Part shown: positions 1 to 8,358 of the stretch, piece after piece
Layout of the letters: the number at the start of each line of letters is the position of its first letter
Position numbering within the stretch: position 1 is the stretch's first letter
Virus record (IMG/VR): IMGVR_UViG_3300026549_001501
Location: 1 to 35,347 of that record
Direction: 5' to 3' (one strand)
From: a virus
Taxonomy: Duplodnaviria > Heunggongvirae > Uroviricota > Caudoviricetes
DNA: 35,347 nucleotides
Made by a program: the position numbers and the translations under genes
The notes under the pieces: model-generated
What the model saw: only the letters and a program-made list of their open reading frames with translations
Told to the model about the DNA's origin: nothing
Databases searched by the model: none

Positions 1-2
1 AA

Positions 3-2156
3 GGCAGCGAAGGTGCTGAAGGCACGCTCGGAGACACAGGCACCGCAGGTTACGAAGGAACACAGGGTGCACACGGAACGCAAGGTTCCATGGGTACTCA
101 GGGTAATGTCGGTGCTCAGGGCGCGATGGGTGCTCAGGGTGAGCAAGGCAGCAAGGGTGCTGATGGTACTCCCGGTGAAATAGGTACCACGGGTTCAACG
201 GGTACACAAGGTCCTAAGGGTACACAGGGTGTACGTGGTACACAAGGTAATACGGGCGTTCAGGCAGGAACAGGTGCACAAGGTGCCAAGGGTGGCAACG
301 GCGTAACAGGTACCGCAGCAGCAGCAGGTACTACAGGATGGGACGGTACACAGGGCCCTAAGGGTACACAGGGCGTACGTGGTACACAAGGTAATACGGG
401 CGTTCAGGCAGGAACAGGTGCACAAGGTGCCAAGGGTGGCAACGGGGCAACGGGTACCGCAGCAAATGCAGGTACTACAGGATGGGACGGTACACAGGGT
501 CCTCACGGTACACAAGGCCCTCGTGGTACACAAGGCAATACGGGCGCTCAGGCAGGAACGGGTGCTCAAGGCGGCAAAGGCGGCGGCGGCGCAACAGGTA
601 CTGCGGCAGATGCAGGTACCACGGGTTCAACGGGTACACAAGGTCCTAAGGGTACACAGGGTGTACGTGGTACACAAGGTAACACGGGTTCTCAGGCAGG
701 AACGGGCGCACAAGGCGGCAAAGGCAGCGGCGGTGCAACAGGTACTGCGGCAGCAGCAGGTACTACGGGATGGGACGGTACGCAAGGTCCTCGTGGTACA
801 CAAGGTTCTCGTGGTACGCAAGGTAACACGGGTTCTCAGGCAGGAACGGGCGCACAAGGCGGCAAAGGCGGCGGCGGCGCAACAGGTACTGCGGCATGGG
901 TAGGTACAGGTGGCCCTACAGGTACACAAGGCCCTATGGGCGCACAAGGCCCTCGTGGCACACAAGGTGGCACGGGAGCTCAGGGCGGTACAGGCGCACA
1001 AGGCGGCAAAGGCGGCGGCGGCGTAACGGGTACAGGCGGTTGGCAAGGTACGCAAGGCCCTCGTGGTACACAAGGCCCTCGTGGTACGCAAGGTGGCACA
1101 GGCGCACAAGGCGGTACGGGTGCTCAGGGTGCCAAGGGTGGCAACGGCGTAACAGGTACTGCGGCAGATGCAGGTACCACAGGTTCAACGGGTACACAAG
1201 GTCCTAAGGGTACACAGGGTGTACGTGGTACACAAGGTAACACGGGTTCTCAGGCAGGAACGGGCGCACAAGGCGGCAAAGGCAGCGGCGGTGCAACAGG
1301 TACTGCGGCAGCAGCAGGTACTACGGGATGGGACGGTACGCAAGGTCCTCGTGGTACACAAGGTTCTCGTGGTACACAAGGTAACACGGGTTCTCAGGCA
1401 GGAACGGGCGCACAAGGCGGCAAAGGCGGCGGCGGCGCAACAGGTACCGGTGGTTCAACGGGTACAGGCGGTTGGCAAGGTACGCAAGGCCCTCGTGGTA
1501 CACAAGGCCCTCGTGGTACACAAGGTGGCACGGGTGCTCAGGGCGGTACAGGCGCACAAGGCCCATCTGGCAATGGTGGTGCTAACGGAACACCTGGTGT
1601 TACAGGTACGGGTGGCGCGACTGGTACAATGGGATATGGTGGTACACAAGGTCCTCGTGGCACACAAGGTTCACGCGGTACACAAGGTTCATCCGGTTTA
1701 CAAGGATACAACGGAACTCAGGGTGTTGTAGGCACAACAGGTACGATTGTTAATTTAACAAAGAGCACCGCCCAAGCATTCCTTATTGGAAAAAATAGCA
1801 ATTCTGATGGATGGAATGGAGCATTTTACGTATCATCTGCGTATACCCAAAATGGAGCAGTTTATGAGGGCTCTGATGAAAAATTAAAAGATTTTTATGA
1901 TGATATTGAAATTGACTTCAATAAACTTCGTACGATTGTGAAGAAATATTTCACATGGAAGGGTGACGAAAATAAGGATATGCAAATTGGCGTCTCCGCT
2001 CAATCAGTACAAAAAGTTTATCCTGAGATAGTAAGTACAAATGAAATCGATGGCTATCTATCTGTTTCTTACGAAAAACTTGGAGTTATCGCTCTTGCAG
2101 CAATTGACAAGCTATATGAAAAGATAGAAAATCTCGAAAAGAAGCTCAATAATTAA
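3..2156 (+). CDS. Collagen-like tail/surface fibre protein with C-terminal peptidase S74 intramolecular chaperone; 5' end lies outside the window
   Basis: The frame is open from base 3 (GSEGAEGTLGDTGTAGYEGTQ...), so the ATG at 90 is internal. G-X-Y repeats run to about 1748. The C-terminal SDEKLK...FTWK...IGVSAQ...YPEIV...LSVSYEKL...IENLEKKL matches the S74 chaperone pattern. Confidence 0.85.
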   Translation, partial: GSEGAEGTLGDTGTAGYEGTQGAHGTQGSMGTQGNVGAQGAMGAQGEQGSKGADGTPGEIGTTGSTGTQGPKGTQGVRGTQGNTGVQAGTGAQGAKGGNGVTGTAAAAGTTGWDGTQGPKGTQGVRGTQGNTGVQAGTGAQGAKGGNGATGTAANAGTTGWDGTQGPHGTQGPRGTQGNTGAQAGTGAQGGKGGGGATGTAADAGTTGSTGTQGPKGTQGVRGTQGNTGSQAGTGAQGGKGSGGATGTAAAAGTTGWDGTQGPRGTQGSRGTQGNTGSQAGTGAQGGKGGGGATGTAAWVGTGGPTGTQGPMGAQGPRGTQGGTGAQGGTGAQGGKGGGGVTGTGGWQGTQGPRGTQGPRGTQGGTGAQGGTGAQGAKGGNGVTGTAADAGTTGSTGTQGPKGTQGVRGTQGNTGSQAGTGAQGGKGSGGATGTAAAAGTTGWDGTQGPRGTQGSRGTQGNTGSQAGTGAQGGKGGGGATGTGGSTGTGGWQGTQGPRGTQGPRGTQGGTGAQGGTGAQGPSGNGGANGTPGVTGTGGATGTMGYGGTQGPRGTQGSRGTQGSSGLQGYNGTQGVVGTTGTIVNLTKSTAQAFLIGKNSNSDGWNGAFYVSSAYTQNGAVYEGSDEKLKDFYDDIEIDFNKLRTIVKKYFTWKGDENKDMQIGVSAQSVQKVYPEIVSTNEIDGYLSVSYEKLGVIALAAIDKLYEKIENLEKKLNN
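201..1700 (+). repeat. Coding tandem array of about 11 units, mostly 144 bp (48 aa)
   Basis: The GTQGP(K/R/H/M) unit starts at 201, 345, 489, 633, 777, 921, 1047, 1191, 1335, 1479 and 1641. All spacings are 144 except one of 126 and one of 162. Confidence 0.9.
593..1447 (+). repeat. Near-identical 297-bp higher-order duplication (593-889 vs 1151-1447)
   Basis: Manual alignment at offset 558 shows two mismatches, both at third codon positions. Confidence 0.8.
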
Positions 2157-2177
2157 AAACACTAACATATTGCAATG

Positions 2178-2203
2178 AAACCGAGGTTAATCCTCGGTTT
2201 TTT
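2178..2203 (+). terminator. Intrinsic terminator after the fibre gene
   Basis: AAACCGAGG-TTAAT-CCTCGGTTT followed by further Ts. Confidence 0.85.
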
Positions 2204-2228
2204 GTTTACTAATGAGTGAAAAATTTTA

Positions 2229-2239
2229 TATTTATAATG
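2229..2239 (+). promoter_or_regulatory. TATTTATAATG motif, candidate phage-specific (late-type) promoter
   Basis: It sits directly upstream of the glycan operon ATG (2241). The same 11-mer lies upstream of the LAGLIDADG gene (26255-26265, - strand). Confidence 0.4.
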
Positions 2240-2240
2240 T

Positions 2241-3608
2241 ATGAAAAAGTCACAAATTTTATTTTGTATTCTTAATTATAAGCATAGTGAAAATGCGATA
2301 AAATGGGCAGAATCGTTAAAGAATGATTTTGCCGTTTCAATATTGGACACATATGTTTTAGATAACCCCGATTCTGACGATGCATTAAAGGATTATAAGG
2401 GTAATGTTTTATTTTTCCACAATATATATCTTGGCGGGATAACGCTTGAAGCATTTAAAATTTGTGTGGGCGGTGGATTCAAGTTTTTAGTGATAATAAC
2501 TTCGGATGTGGAGATAGATGAAGAAAATTTAGAACAATTAAAGAAGCATTTTGAAAATCTACCTGACAATATTGGGATATATGAGACAAGCACTACCATG
2601 AATAGTTGTGTAATGGGGGTTGTTGGTCCAATACCGTACACTGAGCGTTATTTTAGCCACAGTAATAAAGACTTCAAAGAGAATGGTTTAGCAGAGGGGT
2701 GGTTATATGGGATAAACGTTGAGTGTGTCAAAAAGATAATTCCGCATATTTTTCCCGAAAAGCATAAACACGGATGGGGAATAGGGGGTGCATTATTAAA
2801 TATTTCTAAATCTTTGGGGTATAGAAATGTTATTGATTCAAAGGTGTTTATTTATCATCCCAAAGGAACAGCATATAATGCATTAGATGCAAAACATGAA
2901 TGGTATGCATTTGACCGTACTTCTGAAAAAATAGGCATTTCTGACGCATTTATCACATTGGGGTTTTGTACAAAGGAGCACAACAAAGATTATATAAAAT
3001 ATATTGAATCATGTTTTTCTAATGCTTGCCCTATTATAGAGAAAGTATGCAACACAGATAATAAGGAAGAAATGCTTAAAGCATATAATGAGATAATAAA
3101 TGAATCTGTAACAAATGGTATTCTCCTGATTCAAGAAAACGCACGTTTCGCAAGTCGAGAAAACTATACGGATTTGTTTCAAAAAATCTTTTTTGAAAAT
3201 AAGCAATACGGTATTATAGGTTGCGCAGCAAAGTATGCCTTAGATGATGATATTGTAAAGAGGAATAATGGTGCAGTTTTCGGCTTTAATGAAGTCGAAG
3301 AAAATAATAGAATTTTTCGTTATGAAAGTAACCGTGGAGAAATGTTTTCGAAAGAAGTTTTTGAAGATGCCGTTTTAGATGGAAGATTTTTAGCAATACG
3401 GAAAGATAGAATTAAGCAATACTTTAACACGGCTGAGCTTGAGTTACCGTACGATGCAGAATTTTGCATTTCAAACTATTTGGAGGGGGTTAAAATTGGT
3501 GTTACAAAGGCGTTATGGCTTACTTATACAAAGAAAAATGCTATTATCCAATCAGAAACAGAAAGATTGAAAGAGAAATATAAAGATATTCTACCAATAA
3601 AGATATGA
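2241..3608 (+). CDS. Two-domain GT-A fold glycosyltransferase-like protein
   Basis: The N-terminus has a GT2-like start (ILFCILNYKHSENA), ITSDV and HGWGIG. The C-terminal half resembles Glyco_tranf_2_5 (KAYNEII...ILLIQEN...GIIGCA...VLDGRFLAI...YDAEFC). Confidence 0.6.
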   Translation: MKKSQILFCILNYKHSENAIKWAESLKNDFAVSILDTYVLDNPDSDDALKDYKGNVLFFHNIYLGGITLEAFKICVGGGFKFLVIITSDVEIDEENLEQLKKHFENLPDNIGIYETSTTMNSCVMGVVGPIPYTERYFSHSNKDFKENGLAEGWLYGINVECVKKIIPHIFPEKHKHGWGIGGALLNISKSLGYRNVIDSKVFIYHPKGTAYNALDAKHEWYAFDRTSEKIGISDAFITLGFCTKEHNKDYIKYIESCFSNACPIIEKVCNTDNKEEMLKAYNEIINESVTNGILLIQENARFASRENYTDLFQKIFFENKQYGIIGCAAKYALDDDIVKRNNGAVFGFNEVEENNRIFRYESNRGEMFSKEVFEDAVLDGRFLAIRKDRIKQYFNTAELELPYDAEFCISNYLEGVKIGVTKALWLTYTKKNAIIQSETERLKEKYKDILPIKI

Positions 3609-4261
3609 AAAGACTTACAAGGATAGCAAATATTTGTGACACTGATAAAGGCTCTGCGTGCGGGGACATGCACTGCTATACTGAATTTTATGAGCCTTAT
3701 TTTGAGAAATATGATAATCCGAACATATTGGAAATTGGAACATACAAAGGTGGTTCCGCAAAGATGTTTTCTAAGTTTTACGACGATGAATGTAAGATAT
3801 GGACGTGCGATTGTTATAGCGGTTTTGCTGAATCTGTTTCAGGGATGCCTAATGCTACCTTTATTGAGCTAAATCTTGAATATAAGGATGATATTAAAAA
3901 ACTCCACGACTATTTTAAAAATGAAGGAATAGAGTTTGATATAATTATAGATGACGCATCTCACGTTTGGCAACATCAAATGAATGCAATATCCGGCTTT
4001 CATGATTTGCTTAAAGAAGGCGGAATATATATTATAGAAGATTTGAATTATTCCCTAATATGGACGGATCCGGAAAACAGCCCTTTGTATTTCATAAATT
4101 TTCAGCAAGAAAACATAATGCTCACCAACGAAGAATATGCTGAGTTGAAATCAAAGATGAAGGATGTAGTAATTTTCAATAGGAAGAACGAATCTACTGA
4201 CACTATGAAAGAACGCTTTGGAGGAAGAAGTATAACATCGATAATAACATTTGAAAAATAA
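3605..4261 (+). CDS. Class I SAM-dependent methyltransferase (sugar O-methyltransferase-like)
   Basis: TDKG...HCYTEFYE, ILEIGTYKGGS (motif I), FDIIIDDASH, LLKEGGIYIIEDL. ATGA overlap with the upstream gene. Confidence 0.8.
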   Translation: MKRLTRIANICDTDKGSACGDMHCYTEFYEPYFEKYDNPNILEIGTYKGGSAKMFSKFYDDECKIWTCDCYSGFAESVSGMPNATFIELNLEYKDDIKKLHDYFKNEGIEFDIIIDDASHVWQHQMNAISGFHDLLKEGGIYIIEDLNYSLIWTDPENSPLYFINFQQENIMLTNEEYAELKSKMKDVVIFNRKNESTDTMKERFGGRSITSIITFEK

Positions 4262-4262
4262 T

Positions 4263-5264
4263 ATGAAAAAAAGTGTTTTAATAACGGGTAATGCGGGGCT
4301 CCTTGGCTCCCGTTTTGCAGATTGGATTCTCGAAAATTACCCCGAATACGAGGTTGTCGGTATTGATAATCTGTTTGGCGGATACATTGAGAACGTTGAC
4401 GATAGGGTTGTTTTTTATAAGAGAGAACTTTCCCTTGATTCTGTTAAGGACATATTCGATAAGCACGAATTTGAATATGTTTTTCATTTTGCTGCGTATG
4501 CTGCAGAAGGGCTTTCCCCCTTCATGCGAAAATTTAATTATTCCAACAATGTGCTTAGCACGGTAAATATTATTAACGAGTGTATTTCCCATAAGGTTAA
4601 AAGGCTAATATACACGTCTTCAATGTCTGTTTATGGATGGGGACTTGAGCAGGGAAGAGTATTTGATGAAAATGATCGCCCTGAGCCGATTGACCCCTAT
4701 GCCATTTCAAAATATGCTTGCGAAATGGATATAAAAGTGGCGGGTGAGCAACATGGGCTTGACTGGTGTATTATACGCCCTCACAACGTTTACGGCATCA
4801 AGCAGAATATATGGGACAAATATCGCAATGTCCTTGGTATTTGGATGTATCAAATCCTCAATGATAAGCCAATGCTTATTTATGGCGACGGTGAACAGAC
4901 CAGGGCATTTAGTTATATAGATGATTGTCTTGAGAGTTTCTGGAATGCTGCAGTACTTGACGACGCATCGAAGCAAATAATTAACGTTGGCGGCGAAGTT
5001 GGAATTTCCATTAATGAAGCAGCAAAAACGCTGTGTACTATTACGGGGTACAATAATATAGAGCATAAAGAAGCGAGGCACGAGGTTAAATACGCAGTGC
5101 CGTCCCCCGAGAAATCCAAACGAATTCTTGGCTACAAGCAAAGCACAAATCTTGAAAAAGGGCTTACCGAAATGTGGAAATGGGCGCAAATGCAGCCTAA
5201 TCGCAAACAGTATCGGTGGGAAAATTATGAAATAACTGACGGAATATACAGCTATTGGAAATAA
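4263..5264 (+). CDS. NAD-dependent NDP-sugar epimerase/dehydratase (extended SDR)
   Basis: ITGNAGLLGS (GxxGxxG), VFHFAAYAAE, YTSSMSVYG, YAISK (YxxxK), RPHNVYG, IYGDGEQTRAFSYIDD. The ATG at 4263 is preferred to the ORF-track TTG at 4251. Confidence 0.92.
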   Translation: MKKSVLITGNAGLLGSRFADWILENYPEYEVVGIDNLFGGYIENVDDRVVFYKRELSLDSVKDIFDKHEFEYVFHFAAYAAEGLSPFMRKFNYSNNVLSTVNIINECISHKVKRLIYTSSMSVYGWGLEQGRVFDENDRPEPIDPYAISKYACEMDIKVAGEQHGLDWCIIRPHNVYGIKQNIWDKYRNVLGIWMYQILNDKPMLIYGDGEQTRAFSYIDDCLESFWNAAVLDDASKQIINVGGEVGISINEAAKTLCTITGYNNIEHKEARHEVKYAVPSPEKSKRILGYKQSTNLEKGLTEMWKWAQMQPNRKQYRWENYEITDGIYSYWK

Positions 5265-5286
5265 CATTTTTTTAAGAGCAAAGTTA

Positions 5287-6900
5287 ATGGAAAAAATAGG
5301 TAAGAAGCTTGTTTTCCATTTTTATATTGGAAAGGATGGTATAAACACTGAGTGCAATCGGCTTCATTTCAAATGCCTTGAACATTACGCAAAGAGCATT
5401 TTTAATAATGTTCTGTTTGCTATCGTTGTTGATGATGCAGAAGCGCAGAAAGATGAAATAATAGCGTTAGAAGAAAAAATAGTAGGTATTTTTGATACAC
5501 AAGAATTAGAAATTAAGGTTAATAACAACACATACTTACGGGATTCAAGAACATTTTATGATGAGGTTGCTATGAAGTTAAAGGATACAGAAGAAATTGT
5601 GTTCTTTGCTCATAATAAAGGAACAACCAACGTTGAAAAATTTGAGAGGGAAAAAATCATGAAATGGGTTGCTGCAATGTACTTTGCTTGTTTCAATGAT
5701 ATGAATGAAGTGGAATGGGCTCTAACTGATTGCAGAATGGCAGCATATGGCGGCTTATTGAACATAGTAGATAAGAATATAATAGAAAGAACGCCGCTTT
5801 TGGGCATGGAATTGGGTAAAAACGCCTTTTTGTATACGGGAACATTTTTTTGGATGAACCCAAGGACCATTTACGAATATATGGAAAATAATGGCGTTGA
5901 ATTACCGCAAATAAATGATAGGTGGTATGCTGAGAATTTTTTGGCAAATATTGTTCCACAAAATGCTTGCACATCACTTAAAGATTGGCGAGCAGTAAAC
6001 TATTTGGACGCTCATGATAAGATTTTGGATCTCATCAAATTGTCTTTTACTGAAGAGTCCTTTATTGAATTAAATAAATTTTATAAAACAATGGGTATTG
6101 TGAAGGACGAAAGTACACCCGTAATAGAAATTGTATACATTGCGACAAACAATTATATAAACTATATGCAGCAATTCTTAGATAGCATTCAATATTTCTA
6201 TCCGGGGGCAAGAAAGATATTGAAAATCCTCACAAATCACGACATTAAGGTTGAACCGCCATGTGACGATGTTATTAAATGTGAGGTGATAAAAATGTTT
6301 GATTTGTTTTACCCTTGCATCAACCTCCATAAAACAAAATTCATAGAACAGCTTAAGCACGAAGATATAGTTGATTATATATTTTATTTTGATGCTGATA
6401 CAAAATTCATAAATAATCCCGATTATGATTGGGAAGGTTTAAGGCGAAGCATGGAACAGGGGTATTTTATCATGTCGCCACACCCGATTTATTTGATAAA
6501 AGATGAAGAATGGAAACATGCGTTTCTTAATAATTTATATCATAACGGCATTACTGACAGATTGGAAACCCTTGCTGCGGCAATCCCGTCAGATGAATAT
6601 ACTTATGTTATTTCATCGTTCTTCTGTGGAAAAAAGGATACAATGCTCCACGTGTGCAAAGGCATAAATGAAATGATAAAGTCGGATATGGTATGGCAGA
6701 AATGGTATCATATACCAAGATTTTCGGATGAGAATTATTTTAATAAGCTTGTTTACAATCGTGAGCATGGTTTAGATAAAACTTATTGCATTCGTGTTGA
6801 CTTCTTTACGTGTATTGAAGAATTAGATAATAATATCCCGCCAACGGTATTCATTTACCAAAAAGGTATGGATGAAAAATTTAAATCAGAAAAAAGATAA
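5287..6900 (+). CDS. Fusion of an unassigned HxKG/GTFFW domain (N-terminal) and a GT6-like glycosyltransferase (about 6121-6900)
   Basis: N-terminal FFAHNKG, YTGTFFWMN, RWYAENF. C-terminal IVYIATNNYINYMQQFLDSIQYFY, YIFYFDADT (DxD) and SDENYFNK parallel the GT6 motifs. Confidence 0.65.
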   Translation: MEKIGKKLVFHFYIGKDGINTECNRLHFKCLEHYAKSIFNNVLFAIVVDDAEAQKDEIIALEEKIVGIFDTQELEIKVNNNTYLRDSRTFYDEVAMKLKDTEEIVFFAHNKGTTNVEKFEREKIMKWVAAMYFACFNDMNEVEWALTDCRMAAYGGLLNIVDKNIIERTPLLGMELGKNAFLYTGTFFWMNPRTIYEYMENNGVELPQINDRWYAENFLANIVPQNACTSLKDWRAVNYLDAHDKILDLIKLSFTEESFIELNKFYKTMGIVKDESTPVIEIVYIATNNYINYMQQFLDSIQYFYPGARKILKILTNHDIKVEPPCDDVIKCEVIKMFDLFYPCINLHKTKFIEQLKHEDIVDYIFYFDADTKFINNPDYDWEGLRRSMEQGYFIMSPHPIYLIKDEEWKHAFLNNLYHNGITDRLETLAAAIPSDEYTYVISSFFCGKKDTMLHVCKGINEMIKSDMVWQKWYHIPRFSDENYFNKLVYNREHGLDKTYCIRVDFFTCIEELDNNIPPTVFIYQKGMDEKFKSEKR

Positions 6901-8357
6901 TGGCAAATAATTTTTATATTTTTTTAAATGAATATCCGTCAATTGATTTAGCGGGTGCGGCAATTTATTCGTTTTTGAAAAAATATTACCTTTATAATGA
7001 CGCAATCTTTGTTGTTTATGATGATATCTCAAAAGAGGATAAGAATCTGTTAACAAGAATATATTATAAATTAGCATTCAAAAAATTTGCAAAGGATTTC
7101 GTCATTGACGGTAAAAATATATCTCAATTTGATTCCACGTTTACTTCAGAACAAATTCAGTCTAATGTGGAATTGTTAAAGGATTTTGAAGATTGGAAAA
7201 CAAATTATTCTTTTAGAAATAATATTGCATTTCCGAAACATCTTGAGGACTCTGACAAATATATTGTTTTTACCTGTGCAAAAGGCGAAAACGATTATAT
7301 CGTTGAATGGGTAGAACATTATCTTAACCTTGAGTTTGATAAGATTATTATTTGCGATAACAATGATGATGATTCATTGTTGGGTATACTTGCTGAGTAT
7401 ATAGACTGCGGACGGGTTGAGATTTTTGACTGTCGAGGCTTTACAGAAATTCAGGAAAGGGCATTTCAGATGTTTTGCGAGGAGGGAAATTATAAATGGT
7501 GCGCATATTTTGACTGCGATGAATTCCTTGAACTTGGGGTGTATTCAAGTATAAAAGAATACACTGGCACAAAAACAGAAGATTGCTTGGCATTTAACTG
7601 GGTGATGTACGGCTCAGATGGGCAGTTAGACAAGAAAGACATCAAGTTATCAGAAAGATTTAAAAAGCCATCCTTGCCTTTATCAAGCATTTATAATATG
7701 TTCTTAAAGGGAATAGTGAGAGGTGGCAGATTCAGGTTTAGGCATATAGAATTCAGGGGTGGGCATTTACCCTATCCTATTGATGATACTAAACAAAGTA
7801 ACACTTTCAGTATCGGGGGTTATTACACAACGGACGTTGCGCCGTTTCAAACGTCATCCCCGTTAAGATATAAAGAAGGATATATTAAGCACTACTACAC
7901 GAAGTCGTTTGAAGAGTGGATAGACAAAGCAAAGCGTGGATGGCCGCTTGACACTGATTCGCTTCCATTTTATAGATATTTTGCCCTTAAGGGTACAAAT
8001 AATATGCCTTCCAATTTTTTTGAAAAAAATCTATTTTTAAAGGACGATTGGTTTGTAACAAATACGAAGAGCATGTTAGAATTCCTTCAAAATAACGAAA
8101 TCGTTGAATTGGCGAGGAGCAAGAGTTCAGTTTATGGATTTACATCATTAGTGCTTTATGTCATGAGTCAAGTCAGCGGAAAAATAATTTTAGTTAAATG
8201 TGAAGATATTAACGATTTTTTATTCACAATAATGTTGGAATATGCATTTATTACCGATAATAAAGTAATATATTGTAAAAATGACAACGAAGTTGACATT
8301 GCGTATCGCAAATATAGAAAATCTGAAGAATCTGTTTATTTTTGGGAGTTAATATAG
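6900..8357 (+). CDS. GT92/Glyco_tranf_2_4-like glycosyltransferase with an N-terminal extension
   Basis: CAKGENDYIVEWVEHYLNLEFDKIIICDNND, WCAYFDCDEFL, FNWVMYG, IKHYYTKSFEEW. Confidence 0.8.
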   Translation: MANNFYIFLNEYPSIDLAGAAIYSFLKKYYLYNDAIFVVYDDISKEDKNLLTRIYYKLAFKKFAKDFVIDGKNISQFDSTFTSEQIQSNVELLKDFEDWKTNYSFRNNIAFPKHLEDSDKYIVFTCAKGENDYIVEWVEHYLNLEFDKIIICDNNDDDSLLGILAEYIDCGRVEIFDCRGFTEIQERAFQMFCEEGNYKWCAYFDCDEFLELGVYSSIKEYTGTKTEDCLAFNWVMYGSDGQLDKKDIKLSERFKKPSLPLSSIYNMFLKGIVRGGRFRFRHIEFRGGHLPYPIDDTKQSNTFSIGGYYTTDVAPFQTSSPLRYKEGYIKHYYTKSFEEWIDKAKRGWPLDTDSLPFYRYFALKGTNNMPSNFFEKNLFLKDDWFVTNTKSMLEFLQNNEIVELARSKSSVYGFTSLVLYVMSQVSGKIILVKCEDINDFLFTIMLEYAFITDNKVIYCKNDNEVDIAYRKYRKSEESVYFWELI

Positions 8358-8358
8358 T

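Noticed and set aside
201-1700. Possible CRISPR array or DGR template/variable repeat
   Set aside because: The repeats are in-frame coding units with no unique spacers. No cas or reverse transcriptase gene is present, and two mismatches are too few to indicate DGR mutagenesis.
195-1731. Many alternative-frame and antisense ORFs (Cys/Thr/Arg/Val-rich) over the fibre gene
   Set aside because: They are shadows of the stop-poor G-X-Y repeat array; they mirror its periodicity and have no independent signals.
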